DNA from: Octopus vulgaris
Lineage: Eukaryota
Assembly (NCBI GenBank): GCA_951406725.2
Contig: OX597823.1
Location: 16,802,001-16,866,000 of the forward strand
Reading direction: 5' to 3'
DNA length: 64,000 bases
The notes beneath the pieces are model-generated. The model worked only from the letters and a program-made list of their open reading frames with translations, ran no database searches and was not told the origin of the DNA. How positions within the stretch are numbered: position 1 is the first letter of the stretch; each line of letters begins with the position of its first letter. The position numbers and the translations under genes are program-made. This document shows, piece after piece, positions 1 to 13,661 of this stretch.

Positions 1-645
1 TACCTTGCCTGAGAGTATGATTTTGTTTTAACCTTTTTGCAACCCTATCTCTGTTAAAATACAGTGCTTTTGTTTCAAATAATTTACAAAAAGTTTTTTT
101 TAATTTTAAATTAAAACCAGCAAAATTTTATGTTAATTTATGCTCTAAACATAGCTTAATAATGAAGTTATTTTACTAAATACTTTGTATTTAGTAAAAT
201 AACCGACATTATTAACCCTTTCATTACCAACCCGGCTGAAACTGGCTCTGGCTCTGAGTACAAATGTCTTGTTTCCTTAAGTTCTGAATTAAAATCTTCC
301 ACCAAACCTTAGTCACAATTTATGCAACTAACAGTAGCTGAATGATAACAAAGTTATTTTACTAAATTCTTTGTTATATTTAAAGTAATTGAAAGAAACA
401 CAGAGCATCTCAAAATAAATACAGTAATGGAAGGGTTAAGCTATGTTTTATAACATAGATTAGCATGAAATTTTGATGAACGGTTTTAAGTTAGATCACT
501 TTAAAACAAGGAAATTTGCATCATAGAATCAGGGATAGTGGTTTCAGACAGGTTGGTAAGAAAAGGGTGTTAATGAGATCCTGAAAGCTTTCAATGGTGG
601 CATTCATTCAATCTGTTCAGGTAACTTGAAGAATAAATAACTTAC

Positions 646-847
646 CTTAAATGTTATAGCTGGGTAAACCTTATTAGTACTCAACATCACATTACAGCAC
701 CAAACATTGTTGGTGTTCTTTAGATCAAGGGTTCCACTCTTCCAGCTGACATTGCCAGTCTTTTGAGTGTAATACTTAATGGAACCAGACCATTCAAGTG
801 TATCTGGAAGCTTCATGCTGATGGTGCTAGGTGAATGAGTTGCAATT
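646..847 (-). CDS. Gene B internal exon (IATHSPSTISMKLPD...VYPAITFK); gene continues beyond the left edge
   Basis: tttttttgtttcag| acceptor, AAG|GTAAGT donor, 202 nt, phase 2 to 0. Confidence 0.85.
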
Positions 848-1004
848 CTGAAACAAAAAAAGGGCCTATAAAAATATGTTAACAAGCAGTACTTGTAGAA
901 ATTACTTGATTATTTCGAGAACTGTAAATTGATCAAAAATTATAGAGAACCAGAAAATATATAATTGCTTTTGAAATTGATTTTTTTTTAACCTTTGATG
1001 ATTT

Positions 1005-1438
1005 AACTTTTTAGTATTTAAACTGGCCATATCCGGCCAAAATATTTAATCTGTTTTATGTTTGCCAGCTCCATCTGGCACCTGTGCGGGTGGCACGTAA
1101 AAAGCACTCACTACACTCATGGAGTGGTTGGCGTTACGAAGGGCATCCAGCCGTAGAAACACTGCCAGATCAGACTGGGCCTGGTGCAGCCTTCTGGCTT
1201 CACACACCCCAGTTGAACCGTCCAACCCATGCTAGCATGGAAAGCGGACGCTAAATGATGATGATGATGTTCAAACTGACCAGATCCAGGCTCTCACACC
1301 TACCCTACAATGTTATTCTACATTAGGTAATTACACCATCAAGATCTTGAAGATATGAGGTAATGCATGATTAATTCAAATCAATGGGAATCAATAAGCA
1401 TTATGTTTGATAGAATAATCAGAACACTAAAGGGTTAA
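1005..1438. mobile_element. TTAACCCTTT...AAAGGGTTAA MITE family, here split by an RTE-tail insert; related copies at ~212-438, 10431-10657, 62346-62572
   Basis: Shared short inverted termini and internal sequence. Confidence 0.7.
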
Positions 1439-1794
1439 ATGGTGTAAAAGTCCAAATACACAGTATTTAATGTGCAGTCTTAGGAAGCAACATCTCTGAA
1501 AGCTATTATCCTTGTTATAGATCTAATAATTATTTGGAGTGTTGCTATTGGTTTTCATTTTACATCAAGAAGTAAACAATACAAACTATAGAAAGAAATC
1601 AAAAACATCTATAATATTCTGCTAGTGTATGACTGTGTTAGTAAAGCTTCAACAAATGTTAGTATGCTGTATTACATCCTTATTTTCGTAACAGTGAAAA
1701 GTTCATATGGCTAAACTTGAACCATATGGTCCTAACTCCACAGCACCTCGGGCAAGACTCTTCTACAAAAGCCTCAAGTGAAATTCAGTCGACA

Positions 1795-2178
1795 GGAGCG
1801 TAGGAGTGGCTCTGTGGTAAGTAGCTTGCTTACGAACCACATGGTTCCGGGTTCAGTCCCACTGCGTGGCACCTTCGGCAAGTGTCTTCTACTATAGCCT
1901 CGGGACGACCAAAGCCTTGTGAGTGGATTTGATAGACGGAAACTGAAAGAAGCCCATCGTATATATGTGTGTATATGTTTGTGTGTCTGTGTTTGTCCCC
2001 CCAACATCGCTTGACAACCAATGCTGGTGTTTTTACGTCCCCATAACTTAGTGGTTCAGCAAAACAGACCGATAGAATAAGTACTAGGCTTACAAAGAAC
2101 AAGCCCTGGGGCGATTTGCTTGACTAAAGGTGGTGCTCCAGCATGGCCACAGTCAAATGACTGAAACAAGTAAAAGAG
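1795..2178 (+). repeat. tRNA-derived SINE family 1; other copies ~4846-5232(+), 7140-7545(+), 7808-8180(+), 8395-8728(-), 36150-36540(-)
   Basis: A-box-like tggctgtgtggtaag, B-box-like ggttcagtccc, internal (TA/TG)n, tail aagtaaaagag; multiple near-identical copies. Confidence 0.88.
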
Positions 2179-3992
2179 GGGCAGTATGGAAGATCAGTGT
2201 GCGTGTGTGTGTATGTGTGTAGAGAGAGAGAGAGACAGAGTTAGAAAGGGAATGAGTGTTTACATTTATGCTGTGTTTACATTGTAACATTGTGGTTCAA
2301 CAAATACAAATTAATAAAGCACCAAACTTTAAAATAATAAGATTGATATGCTTGACCAAACTCTTGAAAGCAGTGTCCCAGCATGACTGCCATCATCATT
2401 ATCGTTTAATGTCTGCGTTCCATGCTAGCATGGGTTGGATGATTTGACTGAGGACTGGCAAACCAGATGGTTGCACCAGACTCCAATCTTGATCTGGCAG
2501 AGTTTCTACAGCTCGATGCCCTTCCTAACGCCAACCACTCCGAGAGTGTAGTGGGTGCTTTTACGTGCCACCGGCACAAGGGCCAGTCAGGCGGTACTGG
2601 CAACGGCCACGCTCAAATGGTGCCTTTTACATTCCACCTGCACAGGAGCCAGTCCAGCGGCACTGGCAACAACCTCGCTCGAATGTTTTTTCACGTGTCA
2701 CTGGCACAAGTGCTGCCAGTAAGGCGATGCTGGTAACGATCACATTTGAATGGTGCTTTTTACATGCCACCGGCATGGAAGCCAGTTAACTGTTCTAGCA
2801 ACGATCACGCTCGGATGGTGTAAAAGATTAAATGAATAAAAAGATATATAAATATATAAATGCTGTGGACACGTAACAAATACCATCCGATCGTGGCCGT
2901 GCCAGCCTCGCCTGGCACCTGTGTCGGTGGCACATAAAAAGCACCCACTACACTCACGGAGTGGTTGGCATTAGGAAGGGCATCCAGCTGTAGAAACACT
3001 GCCAGATCTGACTGGCCTGGTGCAGCCTTCAGGCTTCCCAGACCCCAGTTGAACCGTCCAACCGATGATGATGATGATAAATACTATAATTTATTAACAT
3101 TATTATAACTGCAACAATTATATATTTACAAACATACTTGACGTGACTGTCTTCAGTAACTCCTGGACTCACACTTGGCCCTTACGTATGTATTTGCATT
3201 CACACATATTGTGACATATATAAAAATATACAGAAGATTTTCCCATTCTTGTTGCAAAATAACTATCTTATACACCAAGATACAATTCAAGAATACTTCA
3301 AACACAGTGCAACATCTTGATATTCTTCCTATCACTCTTTCCAGTTTAAACCTCCCATATCACTTTTATCCTTTTTCTCTTGAATGCTTAAACTCAACCC
3401 CCTCATTTCTTACAATTTTCTGTTTTACTTTCTCTCCCTCTCCCTGTCATGTCAGTGGAGGCACATGGCCTAGTGGTTAGAGCAGCAGACTCGCGGTCGA
3501 GAGGTCGCAAGTTTGAATCTCAGACCAGGTAATGTGTATGTTTATGAGCGAAACACCTAAGCTCCATGCGGCTCTGACAGAAGGTAATGGCGAACTTCTG
3601 CTGACTCTTTCGCCACAACTTTCTCTCACTCTTTCCTCCTGCATCTTGCAGCTCACCTACGACGGACCGGCGTCCCGTCCAGGTGGGGAACCTATATGCC
3701 AAGGAAACCGGCCCTTATGAGCCAGGCGTGGCTCAAGAAGGAATGTCAGAGCATTACACAAAAGGCATGTAAGTAAGAACATATTGTATTAATATAACAA
3801 TTCACAAGACAGAGTTTATAACAGATTGATGACTGTGTATAACTTGTGTCATAAATTTGCTTCTTAACCCTATGGTTTTCAGCTTTGTCCTACTGCATAA
3901 CAGCTAGGGTAGATGTCCTCTATTGTAGCTTCAAAGAAAATGCTGCTTTCTCAGTGAATTTGGTGGACAGGAACTGTACAAAGCTCATTATA

Positions 3993-4210
3993 CAAAGGAG
4001 TACAGGAAAGCTCCTGGCTTTGAGTAAAAGAAAATACAGGAGGATCAGTTAATTATGATTTTATTCAACATATTCCCCTCTCAAATTCACACACTTATTG
4101 AAGTGGCTCTTCAGTTTTTTTTAAGCCCTGTAAAAGAACTTGGAAATTTAGGCTTCCAACCAGGCCTTCAGTGATACCCTTAAAGTTTGAAACTTTTCAG
4201 CACCTCCTCC
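3993..4210. mobile_element. Mariner-derived MITE
   Basis: Degenerate termini related to gaggggtgctgaaaagtt. Confidence 0.5.
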
Positions 4211-5556
4211 TGTGTGCATATGTATGTGCCTATGTAAATGTTAGAATTCAGGGCATTTTTTATGAAAAACAGCCGAGTAACAAATGGTGAAATTCATCAT
4301 CATTTCCCATCAGCAAATCATGAGGTGTGTTTGGTTTGCAATTTCAAAGATTTGTAGAATGAGAGATTTTTTTTTTTTTTAGTTTTAAATATTTTAAAAA
4401 TGATTGAATGGTCATGACCGGAACATGTTGACCATAAACCTGCAGAATCAAGAATGTCCTGGAACAAGCTAACGACAACCTCTGTTGACACAACCCTTAA
4501 GTAGCTTGTGTGTGCATGCACAAACACACACATGCATTCTGACCATTGATCTGTTTGATCTCTGGGTGTGAAGTAAGATAATGTACAATTAACACAAGTT
4601 TAAGTAGTTTGATTTATATACATTATAGTTGTCATTCCTCTTTCAATCATGACTACAACTATTAACTGCCCTCAACTCTATCACCATATCAATTACGATC
4701 ACCACCACTACTACTACTGACCACCACTCAATATTAAATTTACAAAAAGGTTTCTCAGACCAATATTATTACACTGAAGTGGTTTAGACCAATGTAATGT
4801 ATCCAATCAAAACATGTTTTTTTTACGCAAACAGCATAGGGTTAAGAGTGGCTGTGTGGTAAGTAGCTTGTTTACCAACCACATGGTTCCGGGTTCAGTC
4901 CCACTGCATGGCACCTTGGGCAAGTGTCTTCTACTATAACCTCGGACCAACCAAAGCCTTGTGAGTGGATTTGGTAGACGGAAACTGAAAGAAGCTTGTC
5001 ATATATATGTATATATATGTGTGTGTGTGTTTATGTGTTTGTGTTTGTCCCCCTAGCATTGCTTGACAACCGATGCTGGTGTGTTTACGTCCCCATCACT
5101 CAGCGGTTCGGCAAAAGAGACCAATAGAATAAGTACTGGGCTTATAAAGAATAAGTCCCGGGGTCGATTTGATCGACTAAAGGCGGTGCTCCAGCATGGC
5201 CGCAGTCAAATGACTGAAACAAGTAAAAGAGTAATATAAAAAAAATACACATTGGGTGTAGTCTGTTTGCAAGAGGTCATTCAGTTAAAAGTGAAAAGTG
5301 GGATATATTAGGTCAAGGCTGTGCATGCCATTCTCCTGTGTAAAACCCTGCCTGAAATATTAAATAATTGCATGAGTCAGACAGAGTTCATTGATGCACA
5401 TTTTCTATGACCAGATGCCTTTCCTGTCATCAACTGTAAAAATTGGATGGGGTTAAAGGGTGACCAATCATACAGGAGTTAAAAGGGAGAAGAGATGATT
5501 GACAGTATAGAAAAAGGGATAGGGTTAGATGAAGAGCAGCAGAATAGTGATAATAA

Positions 5557-6020
5557 TCATCATCATCGTTTAACTTCCGCTTTCCATGCTAGCATGGGTT
5601 GGACGGTTCAACTGGGGTCTGGGAAGCCAGAAGGCTGCGCCAGGCCTAGTCTAATCTGGCAGTGTTTCTACAGCTGGATGCCCTTCCTAACGCCAACCAC
5701 TCCGTGAGTGTAGTGGGTGCCTTTTACGTGCCACTGGCGCAGGTGCCAGACAGGGCTGGCAAACGGCCATGGTTGGATGGTGCCTTTTACGTGCCACCGG
5801 CGAGGCTGGCAACGGCCACGATCGGATGGTGCTTTTTACGTGCCACTGGCACAGGTGCCAGATGGGGCTGGCAAACGGCCATGGTCGGATGGTGCTTTTT
5901 ACGTGCCACCGGCACGGAGGCCCGTCGGGGCGGGGCTGGCAACGACGTTCAGATGGTTCACTTATGTGCCACTGGTATCACAGCTGCAATTTCCATTGAT
6001 GTTGATAGATTTCGATTTTG
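5557..6020 (-). repeat. Short RTE 3'-UTR elements with internal tggtgctttttacgtgccac repeats; copies ~1066-1268, 2390-2820, 2870-3078, 20835-21105, 32646-32935, 36560-37140, 37751-38270, 40620-40825
   Basis: Same 3' end and (GAT)n tail as the RTE LINE at 27705. Confidence 0.88.
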
Positions 6021-6350
6021 ATATTGATAATAATAATAATAATAATAATAGAAGAGAGAGGAGGGGTGAAAGCAAGACAACATGGTGTTGTGTATGTATA
6101 TATAATTACCATGGAAATCAGGTAAAAAAAAATGTAAATTCATTTAAATAACTAATACTCTCCACACTATATACCGAGTGCTCTCTCCCTCTTTCATTTA
6201 CAAACTGCAACATTTGAATGTATGAATGTGTGCATAATTCAAATTCTGTGCATCTGTATGTGTAGACACAGATGTTGAATTATGTTAAACAAATGAGAGT
6301 GGGGTGCATTGTACAAACTGTAGAGAGAGCAGATGGTTGATAGAAACTGA

Positions 6351-6780
6351 AAGGCGGCGAGCTGGGAGAAACATTAGCACGCTGGGCGAAATGCGTAGCC
6401 GTATTTCATCTGCCGCTATGTTCTGAGTTCAAATTCCGCCGACGTCGACTTTGCCTTTCATCCTTTAGGGGTCGATTAAATAAGTACCAGTTATGCACTG
6501 GGGTCGATATAATCGATTTAAACAGTTTGTCCGTGCTTGTTTGTCCTATCTGTGTTTAGCCCCTTGTGGGTAGTAAAGAAATAGGTATTTCGTCTGCCGT
6601 TACGTTCTGAGTTCAAATTCCGCCGAGGCCGACTTTGCCTTTCATCCTTTAGGGGTCAATTAAATAAGTACCAGTGACACACTGGGGTATCGATGTAATC
6701 GATTTAATCCCTTTGTCTGTCCTTGTTTGTCCCCTCTATGTTTAGCCTCTTGTGGGCAATAAAGAAATAAAAAATAAGAA
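6351..6780 (+). repeat. SINE family 2 (ggcggcgagctggcagaa...gagttcaaattcc); other copies ~16130-16262(-), 20410-20640, 20691-20818, 31081-31298(+)
   Basis: tRNA-like boxes and repeated copies; this copy has an internal tandem duplication. Confidence 0.85.
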
Positions 6781-7647
6781 ACTGAGTGTTTATCCTGTAA
6801 CTCATATAATATGCCATCATAAAGTCCGAGCAAGAGCTGACAGACAGACAGACAGAGGTGTGAAACTCAAGTTGTGAGATAAGCATTCAGTTTCCGTTGG
6901 TTCTATATTATAAAGGGAGTAAGAGAGAGGAAGGAAACACTTGACTCAACATCTCTATCTTGTAGAAAATAAAACCACAGCCTAAGATGTTAAACATTGT
7001 ATTGTGCTTAAGCACCTTGTTACGTATTTCACCGAAACTAAAAGGAAAGCGTAAAAAACTTAGAAAACCACTTAATCTTCTCTGAACCACAAGAATTGAT
7101 ACTTAATTCAAATTTCTATAGTAATAATGCCCTGAGACATAGGCGCAGGAGTGGCTGTGTGGTAAGTAGCTTGTTTACCAACCACATGGCTCCGGGTTCT
7201 GTCCCACTGCGTGGCACCTTGGGTAAGTGTCTTCTACTATAGCCTCGGGCCGACCAAAGCCTTGTGAGTGGATTTGGTAGACGGAAACTGAAAGAAGCCC
7301 GTCGTATATATGTATATATATATATGCGTGTGTGTGTTTGTGTGTCTGTGTTTGTCTGCCTAGCGTTGCTTGACAACCGATGCTGGTGTGTTTATGTCCC
7401 CGTTACTTAGCGGTTTGGCAAAAGAGACTGATAGAATAAGTACTGAGCTTACAAAAGAATAAGTCCCAGGGTCGAGTTGCTCGATTAAAGGCGGTGCTCC
7501 AGCATGGCCGCAGTCAAATGACTGAAACAAGTAAAAGAGTAAAGAGAGACGCACATACACACTAATATAATACCGTCTATTATTGTGAGTTTTCTCCCAT
7601 AGATGCAACTAAACTCATCATTGCAAACCATGCAAATGAGAAAATAC

Positions 7648-7789
7648 CTGATAATTGTATGGTGCTGCACCTCATGGGATATGTTTACAGCCAGGAAGAC
7701 TGACTCATAGAGAGCAAAGTATCTTGAAACACAAGTATTGAAATCTTTACATGCTTTATTAGACTTGTTAAAAAAAACAGCCAAATTTC
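7648..7789 (-). CDS. Gene B internal exon (GNLAVFFNKSNKACKDFNTCVSRYFAL...HHTIIR)
   Basis: gtgatttgcag| acceptor, CAG|GTATTT donor, 142 nt, phase 1 to 2, in frame with exon 646-847. Confidence 0.7.
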
Positions 7790-9629
7790 CTGCAAATCAC
7801 AACCATCAGAGTGGCTGTGTGGTAAGTAGCTTGTTTACCAACCACATGGTTCCGGGTTCAGTCCCACTGCGTGGCACCTTGGGCAAGTGTCTTCTGCTAT
7901 AGCCTTGGGCCAACCAAAGCCTTGTGAGTGGATTTGGTAGACAGAAACTGAAAGAAGCCTGTCGTATATATGTACATATATATATATATGTGCGCGTGTG
8001 TGTTTGTCCCCCTAGCATTGCTTTGTGTGTTTATGTCCCCGTTACTTAGCAGTTTGGCAAAAGAGACCGATAGAATAAGTACTGGGCTTACAAATGAATA
8101 AGTCCCGGGGTCGAGTTGCTCGATTAAAGGCAGTGCTCCAGCATGGCCACAGTCAAATGACTGAAACAAGTAAAAGAGTATCTAAAGACAATGATACATT
8201 AAAAAATGTAGTTACCGATATACAAGCAGATGTAATGGTCACTACCAGAATGCTTTGGATCATAAACTTACTCATTCAAGGCTGACCAGGAGCTTAGCAA
8301 TAACAAATCTTTCATTCAATACAAAATACTTACAAATTTGTCCAACTATACCAGCATGGAAAATGGACATTAAATGATTTTTTTTTATTATTTGTTTTAG
8401 TCATTTGGCTGCAGCCATGCTGGAGCGCCACCTTTAGTTGAAATCATACCCAGGACTTATTTTTTGTAAGCCTAGTATTTATACTATGTCTCTTTTGTCA
8501 AACTGCTAAGTTACGGGATATAAACACACCAACATCGGTTGTCAAGCTCACACACGCACGCACATATACACAATGGGCTTTTTTCAGTTTCCGTCTATCA
8601 AATCCACTCACAGGCTTTGGTCAGCCTGAAGCTACAGTAGAAGACACCCAAGGTGCCACGCAGTGGGACTGAACCAAGAACCATGTGGTTGGTAAGCAAG
8701 CTACTTACCACACAGCCACTCCTGAGCCTATGATGAGGAGATCTATCTACTATTACATTGAATTAGTTTTCAATGTTTGTTTATTCATCAATCTAATCAA
8801 CATCATGATCATTACATCCACATTTCCCTTGCTGGCATGGGTTAAGATTTATTGCAGCAGTATTCTATGATCTGATGCCCTTCTTGTAGCCAGCCCATAT
8901 CCATTTTTCAAGGAGGTAGGAGGGGCTGTGAAAGGGGTCTCAGGGAGTAGCATCCATGCCTTCCTGAGCTAGTTTTCCATCACATTTCTTAAAAATCGTG
9001 GTAGAGGCCTTGGTGTCAGGACCACTCAGGTCTAGAAACTGAGGTTGGGGGTAAGCAAGGGCCTGCACCCTGTAGAAATTCCAGCTCCAAAAAAGCCTCA
9101 CGGATAGCAAAGGAGAATGGGCACCAGCCAGCCTCAAAGGTTGGGATGGACTGCACATACCTACCTCGGTTGCTATGGCATTGAGGTAGATCCAGCCACC
9201 CCAGTTAACGGGGACAAAACCTGAATTTAAAACACTTGATGATGAAGTAAGATATTTTTTATTCAACTGTTGATGTGTCTTCATACATTAACAAGTAAAT
9301 ATAACACTCCACCCCTTAATGTCAATGCAAAGACACAAGGCAAATACTCAGGTACATACTCAGACAAGGCTTCCATGCAGCTTTTGATAAATTCCACTCA
9401 GAAAGCAGTGGTCAACTCAAGGCTGCTAGAGTAGAAGAGAATATAAAACTCGGCTGTTTCGCTTTATTTCTTTCCTATCATGTTTTCCCTGAAGAAGGAC
9501 TATCTGACACATTAGAATTTTCCACTCCCTATGTCAAGCTCACTGAACTCTTTTTGTCAGTCTTACTAGTTTATACAAGTTTTGCCAATACAGACCAACA
9601 CCAGTCTCTGAGTTCTGTTTGGTCTCTGC

Positions 9630-11137
9630 ATTGGGTCATATCATAAATAATGTGGATTTTTTACATTTGCATATGCACTAAATGTCAGAGGAGGACAGGA
9701 TAAACAACCTGCATCAACTTGCTATAAAAGCAGGTAGGAATTTTACCTTGTACTTATTCTTAGTGCAAGTTTTGAAGAGTGCAGTTCGATTTTAATAGTT
9801 ATTTTTTTTCAAAGCTATAATGGAAGTGACAAAAGAGCATATTCGGCATATTTTGCTTTATGAATTCAATAAAGGCAACAACGCAATGGAAAGTGTGAGG
9901 AATATTAATGCAGTGTATGAGGATCGGATAATAAGCGCAAGCCAGTGTTAACAATGCTTCCACAAATTCCAAACTGGAAACTACAACCTAGAAGACAAGC
10001 CTCATCCTGGAAAATCTGTGGAGCTCAATGAGGACGTCCTGCAAACCCTGGTGGGACAAAATCCCATCATAACTGTTGAGGAACTAGCAGAGAAGCTTGG
10101 ATTTGGTCACTCAACCATTCACCAACACCTGCGTGTCATCGGAAAAGTCAACAAACTGGGTCAACGGGTTCCTTACAAACTTTCCAAGTGTAATTGTGTA
10201 CAGGGAGTGAATGTGTGCTCTTCTTTGCTGTCATGTCTAACAAATGAACCTTTTTTTGGACTGAATAGTGACTTGGTGACAAGAAATGGGTTCTCTATAA
10301 AAATGTCAAGTGCCAAAGACAGCAGGTAGGGAAAGGAGAAACACTGGCACCCCAGGCTAAAGAAGGTCTTCACCCACATAAGGTGTTGTTATCTGGTGAG
10401 ACAGAAAGGGTTTAGTCCACTTTGAACTTTTAACCCTTTAGTGTTCGCATTATTTTGCCAAAACTAATGCTTTTTTATCCACATTGTTTTGAACTAATCA
10501 TGCATTATCTTGTAGCTATGAGATTTTGATGAGGTAGCTGTTAATTTTTAAAACGATATTGTAGGGTTGGTGTGAAAAACCAGATCTGGCCAGTTTGAAC
10601 ATAGCACAGGCAGAATACTTTTGGCCGGATATGGCCGGTTTAATTGCTAAAGGGTTAAACCCAAACCAAATGATAAAGATCTACAGTAAGCAGCTTGAGT
10701 GGCTTAGGTCAGTGCTAGAAGAAAAGCAACCGTCTTTGTTTTCAAGATGAAAGGAATTCTCCCATTAGGATAATGCTTGGCCACATACAACGAGGATGAT
10801 ATTCCAAAGACTGGAGCAGTTTGAATGGGAAACAATGCCCCACCCACCATATTTGTTGGACATTGCCTCATCTGATTATCATTCATTCCACAGTCTTCAA
10901 AATCATTTGGACAGAAAAAATATGAATTCTGTAGATAAGGTAAGAGCAGTACTGGAGGAGTATTTTTCATCATGGACAAGTGAATTTTGAAAGAGGGGCT
11001 TTGCAAGTCTACCATACAGTTGGAAGAGCATTATAGAAATTGAAGGAGTATAATTTAGATTAAAAAAGAACTTTGTTTATCTTCATTTTGAAAAAAGTAC
11101 AAAAATAAAAACACATTATTTATGGGACGACCCAATA
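9630..11137 (+). mobile_element. Near full-length decayed mariner transposon, interrupted by a MITE at ~10431-10657
   Basis: Inverted termini ttgggtc..cataaataatg / cattatttatgggacgacccaata. Transposase remnants MEVTKEHIRHILLYEFNKG and HPPYLLDIASSDYH (YSPDLAPSDY-like), with stops and frameshifts. Confidence 0.9.
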
Positions 11138-11746
11138 GAATATGCCTGCTCAAGAGGGAAAGAACCCAAAACTATATGGTTTTGAGTGAACTTCTTAAAC
11201 AAGCAGCCATACCTGTGCCTTTATATAGATATATATAATTTATGGCTAACTGAAGAGAACTACAACCAGAGTTTGTGTTCATTGGCAATATGACTCACCC
11301 AAAGTAGAAAATCAGTTTCAAATCAGAATTAATGCATAACAAATCCAACAACAATTGCATCATCATTTTTATTGTCTACTTTTCTATGCTTGAATGGGTC
11401 AGACAAAATTCATTGAAACAGACTTTCTATGGTCGACTGCTCCTCTTGTTGAAAATTCTCAACTGTTTCCCAGCTGAGAACTCTAGAGTTCACTAATCAC
11501 GAAAATGGCTTTAACCAACCTGTTTTTCATGAAAAACTACAAATGACCACCACCAATTGTATGACAGTGAAATTTATCTACAAGTAGTCCACAATGACAT
11601 GACAAGTATATAAACACACGATGGACTTCTTCCAGTTACTGTGAAATCAACAGCCTTCAGTCAAGCAAGGTGAGTTTATAAATCAATTCAGTTGTCTTAT
11701 AAATGTTCATGCCCAGATAAATGAGAACAATGTACATTTTTCAAAC

Positions 11747-11817
11747 CTCATATTTCTTTGTATAAAATCGTCCAGTTGTTGTCATGGCTACTGGGATGCT
11801 TAGATGTAAAATAGCCA
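11747..11817 (-). CDS. Gene B candidate 71-nt exon, reading frame ambiguous
   Basis: cttctcttgtgttctcatactag| acceptor, GAG|GTTTGA donor. The phase 2 to 1 reading fits both neighbours but contains TGA; the phase 1 to 0 reading is open. Confidence 0.35.
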
Positions 11818-11972
11818 CTAGTATGAGAACACAAGAGAAGTGTTTTATATAAAAAGATATGTAAAAGATCATAAACAGACAATCAATGAAATTGCAAATT
11901 ATCTAAATGACCTTTTAAACTCTTAGGGGATTTTAGTTGAGCTCCAGGTCAGCCTAGCAATGATTGCTAAGC

Positions 11973-12390
11973 TGACCCATAAATAATGTGTTTTTATTTT
12001 TATACTTCTTTTATTTTTCAAAATTAAGATAACAGAGTTCTTTTTTAATCTAAATTATACTCTCCTTCAATTTCTACAATGCTCTTCCAACTATCTGGTA
12101 AACTTGCAAGGCCCCTCTTTCAAAATTCACTTGTCCATGATGAAAACTACTTCTCCAGTACTGCTCTGACCTTATCTACAGAATTCATATTTTTTCCGTC
12201 CAAATGATTTTGAAGACTGCAGAATGAATGATAATCAGATGAGGCAATGTCCAACAAATATGGTGGGTGGGGCATTGTTTCCCATTCAAACTCCTCCAGT
12301 CTTTGGAACATCATCCTCGTTGTATGTATCCGAGCATTATCCTGATGAAGAATTCCTTTCATCTTGAAAACGAAGATGGTTGCTTTTCTC
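11973..12390 (-). mobile_element. 3' fragment of the same mariner family
   Basis: LHQDNARIHT...HPPYLLDIASSDYH, near-identical to 10730-11130 in inverted orientation. Confidence 0.88.
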
Positions 12391-12739
12391 CTGGAAAGAT
12401 GACATCATTCCAGATATGACTATCTCATCTTTTGAGAGTGTAGCTAAGATTACATTACCCAACATTTTCCATTGAATATGATAGTGTGATTTCAAGATCT
12501 GGCTACTATTACTAGCAAAATGATAGGAGATAGTTTTACCACAGTTATCTCAAGATGCACACCATATGGAGGAAGAAGCAGTAAAAAATTTGATATTGGG
12601 TACTGAAGATAAAGGGAGGGGTGGGAATGTGACATACATCTATACAGCTCTTTTTAGTTTTTGTCTATTGAAATAATTTGAATGTCATATTACAAATTAG
12701 TCATTTGTGAATAAGCAAATAAACAAAACTAAAAATATA

Positions 12740-12905
12740 CTATTGTGTCTGGGGAGAGTCATTTTCTTTTTGTGCTTTTGAAAAGTTTGCAAGACGCAAC
12801 GAAAATTTTAGGACAATAAAAATAAGAAAAACGTGGAAATTTTACCGGTGATTGTGTGTTACATAATAAGGCACAAAAAGAAAATGACTCTCCCCAGACA
12901 ATAGA
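12740..12905. mobile_element. MITE with ~35-bp TIRs
   Basis: tgtctggggagagtcattttctttttgtgc ... gcacaaaaagaaaatgactctccccagaca. Confidence 0.75.
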
Positions 12906-13661
12906 ATATGCTTCAACACACGAACTCATACAAAGAATATTGCAAACCAAATCCAAAAACAAAAATATACTGTCTTATGCTTATAGCAAGATGGTCACCC
13001 ATATCAAACTAGAACTCCAGACTGGGGGAAGGACATTGATGAAGTCTTGATAAAAGAAAAAGGATTATTTACATTTGACAGATATTTGTCCTCATCTTGT
13101 TTGTTGTTAACAAAACATTTTGGCTGATATACCCTCCAGCCATCTTCGGGTGTCTTGCGAAAATTTTGAACTTGGGTTCTCATAACTAAGGTATTTTTTC
13201 GATGATATTATTATTATTGTTGTTGTTTTTGTTCAGGTCACTGCTTGGGGTTAGTAGCCCATGCTCTTAACCACTACGCCATATGAAAAAGGATGATAAT
13301 TATAAAAGTTTGAGAAACACTTTTCAGATATTATAAAGCTAAGTGACAAATCTTCACATCAACAGATAACACATCCAGGTAAACTGGAACTTATTTTTGA
13401 CAGCTAAGTGAACTGAGACAATGTTCTGTACAGAAACAGCAAAATTCCTGCAGTAAATTTGAACTGCTGAGCCATGTACAGCAAATAATCTGATATTTAA
13501 TGTACTATGGGTCATCTTCCCTCTCAACATTTAAGGACACAACTTGGTCCTCAATCAGGACCAACAGTCTATGGAAGTGAGTGACCAGTTTTCTAAGATT
13601 CTCTATTGAAATGTTTTTCTAAGGTCATATTTCTAAATTAAAACTACGAAGGCACATTAAC

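Noticed and set aside
1795-1870. tRNA-like sequences
   Set aside because: They are SINE heads followed by SINE bodies, not tRNA genes
5662-6151. Overlapping ORFs and CRISPR-like periodic repeats
   Set aside because: Internal repeats of the RTE 3' UTR; the intervening segments are related to each other, there are no cas genes, and the context is eukaryotic
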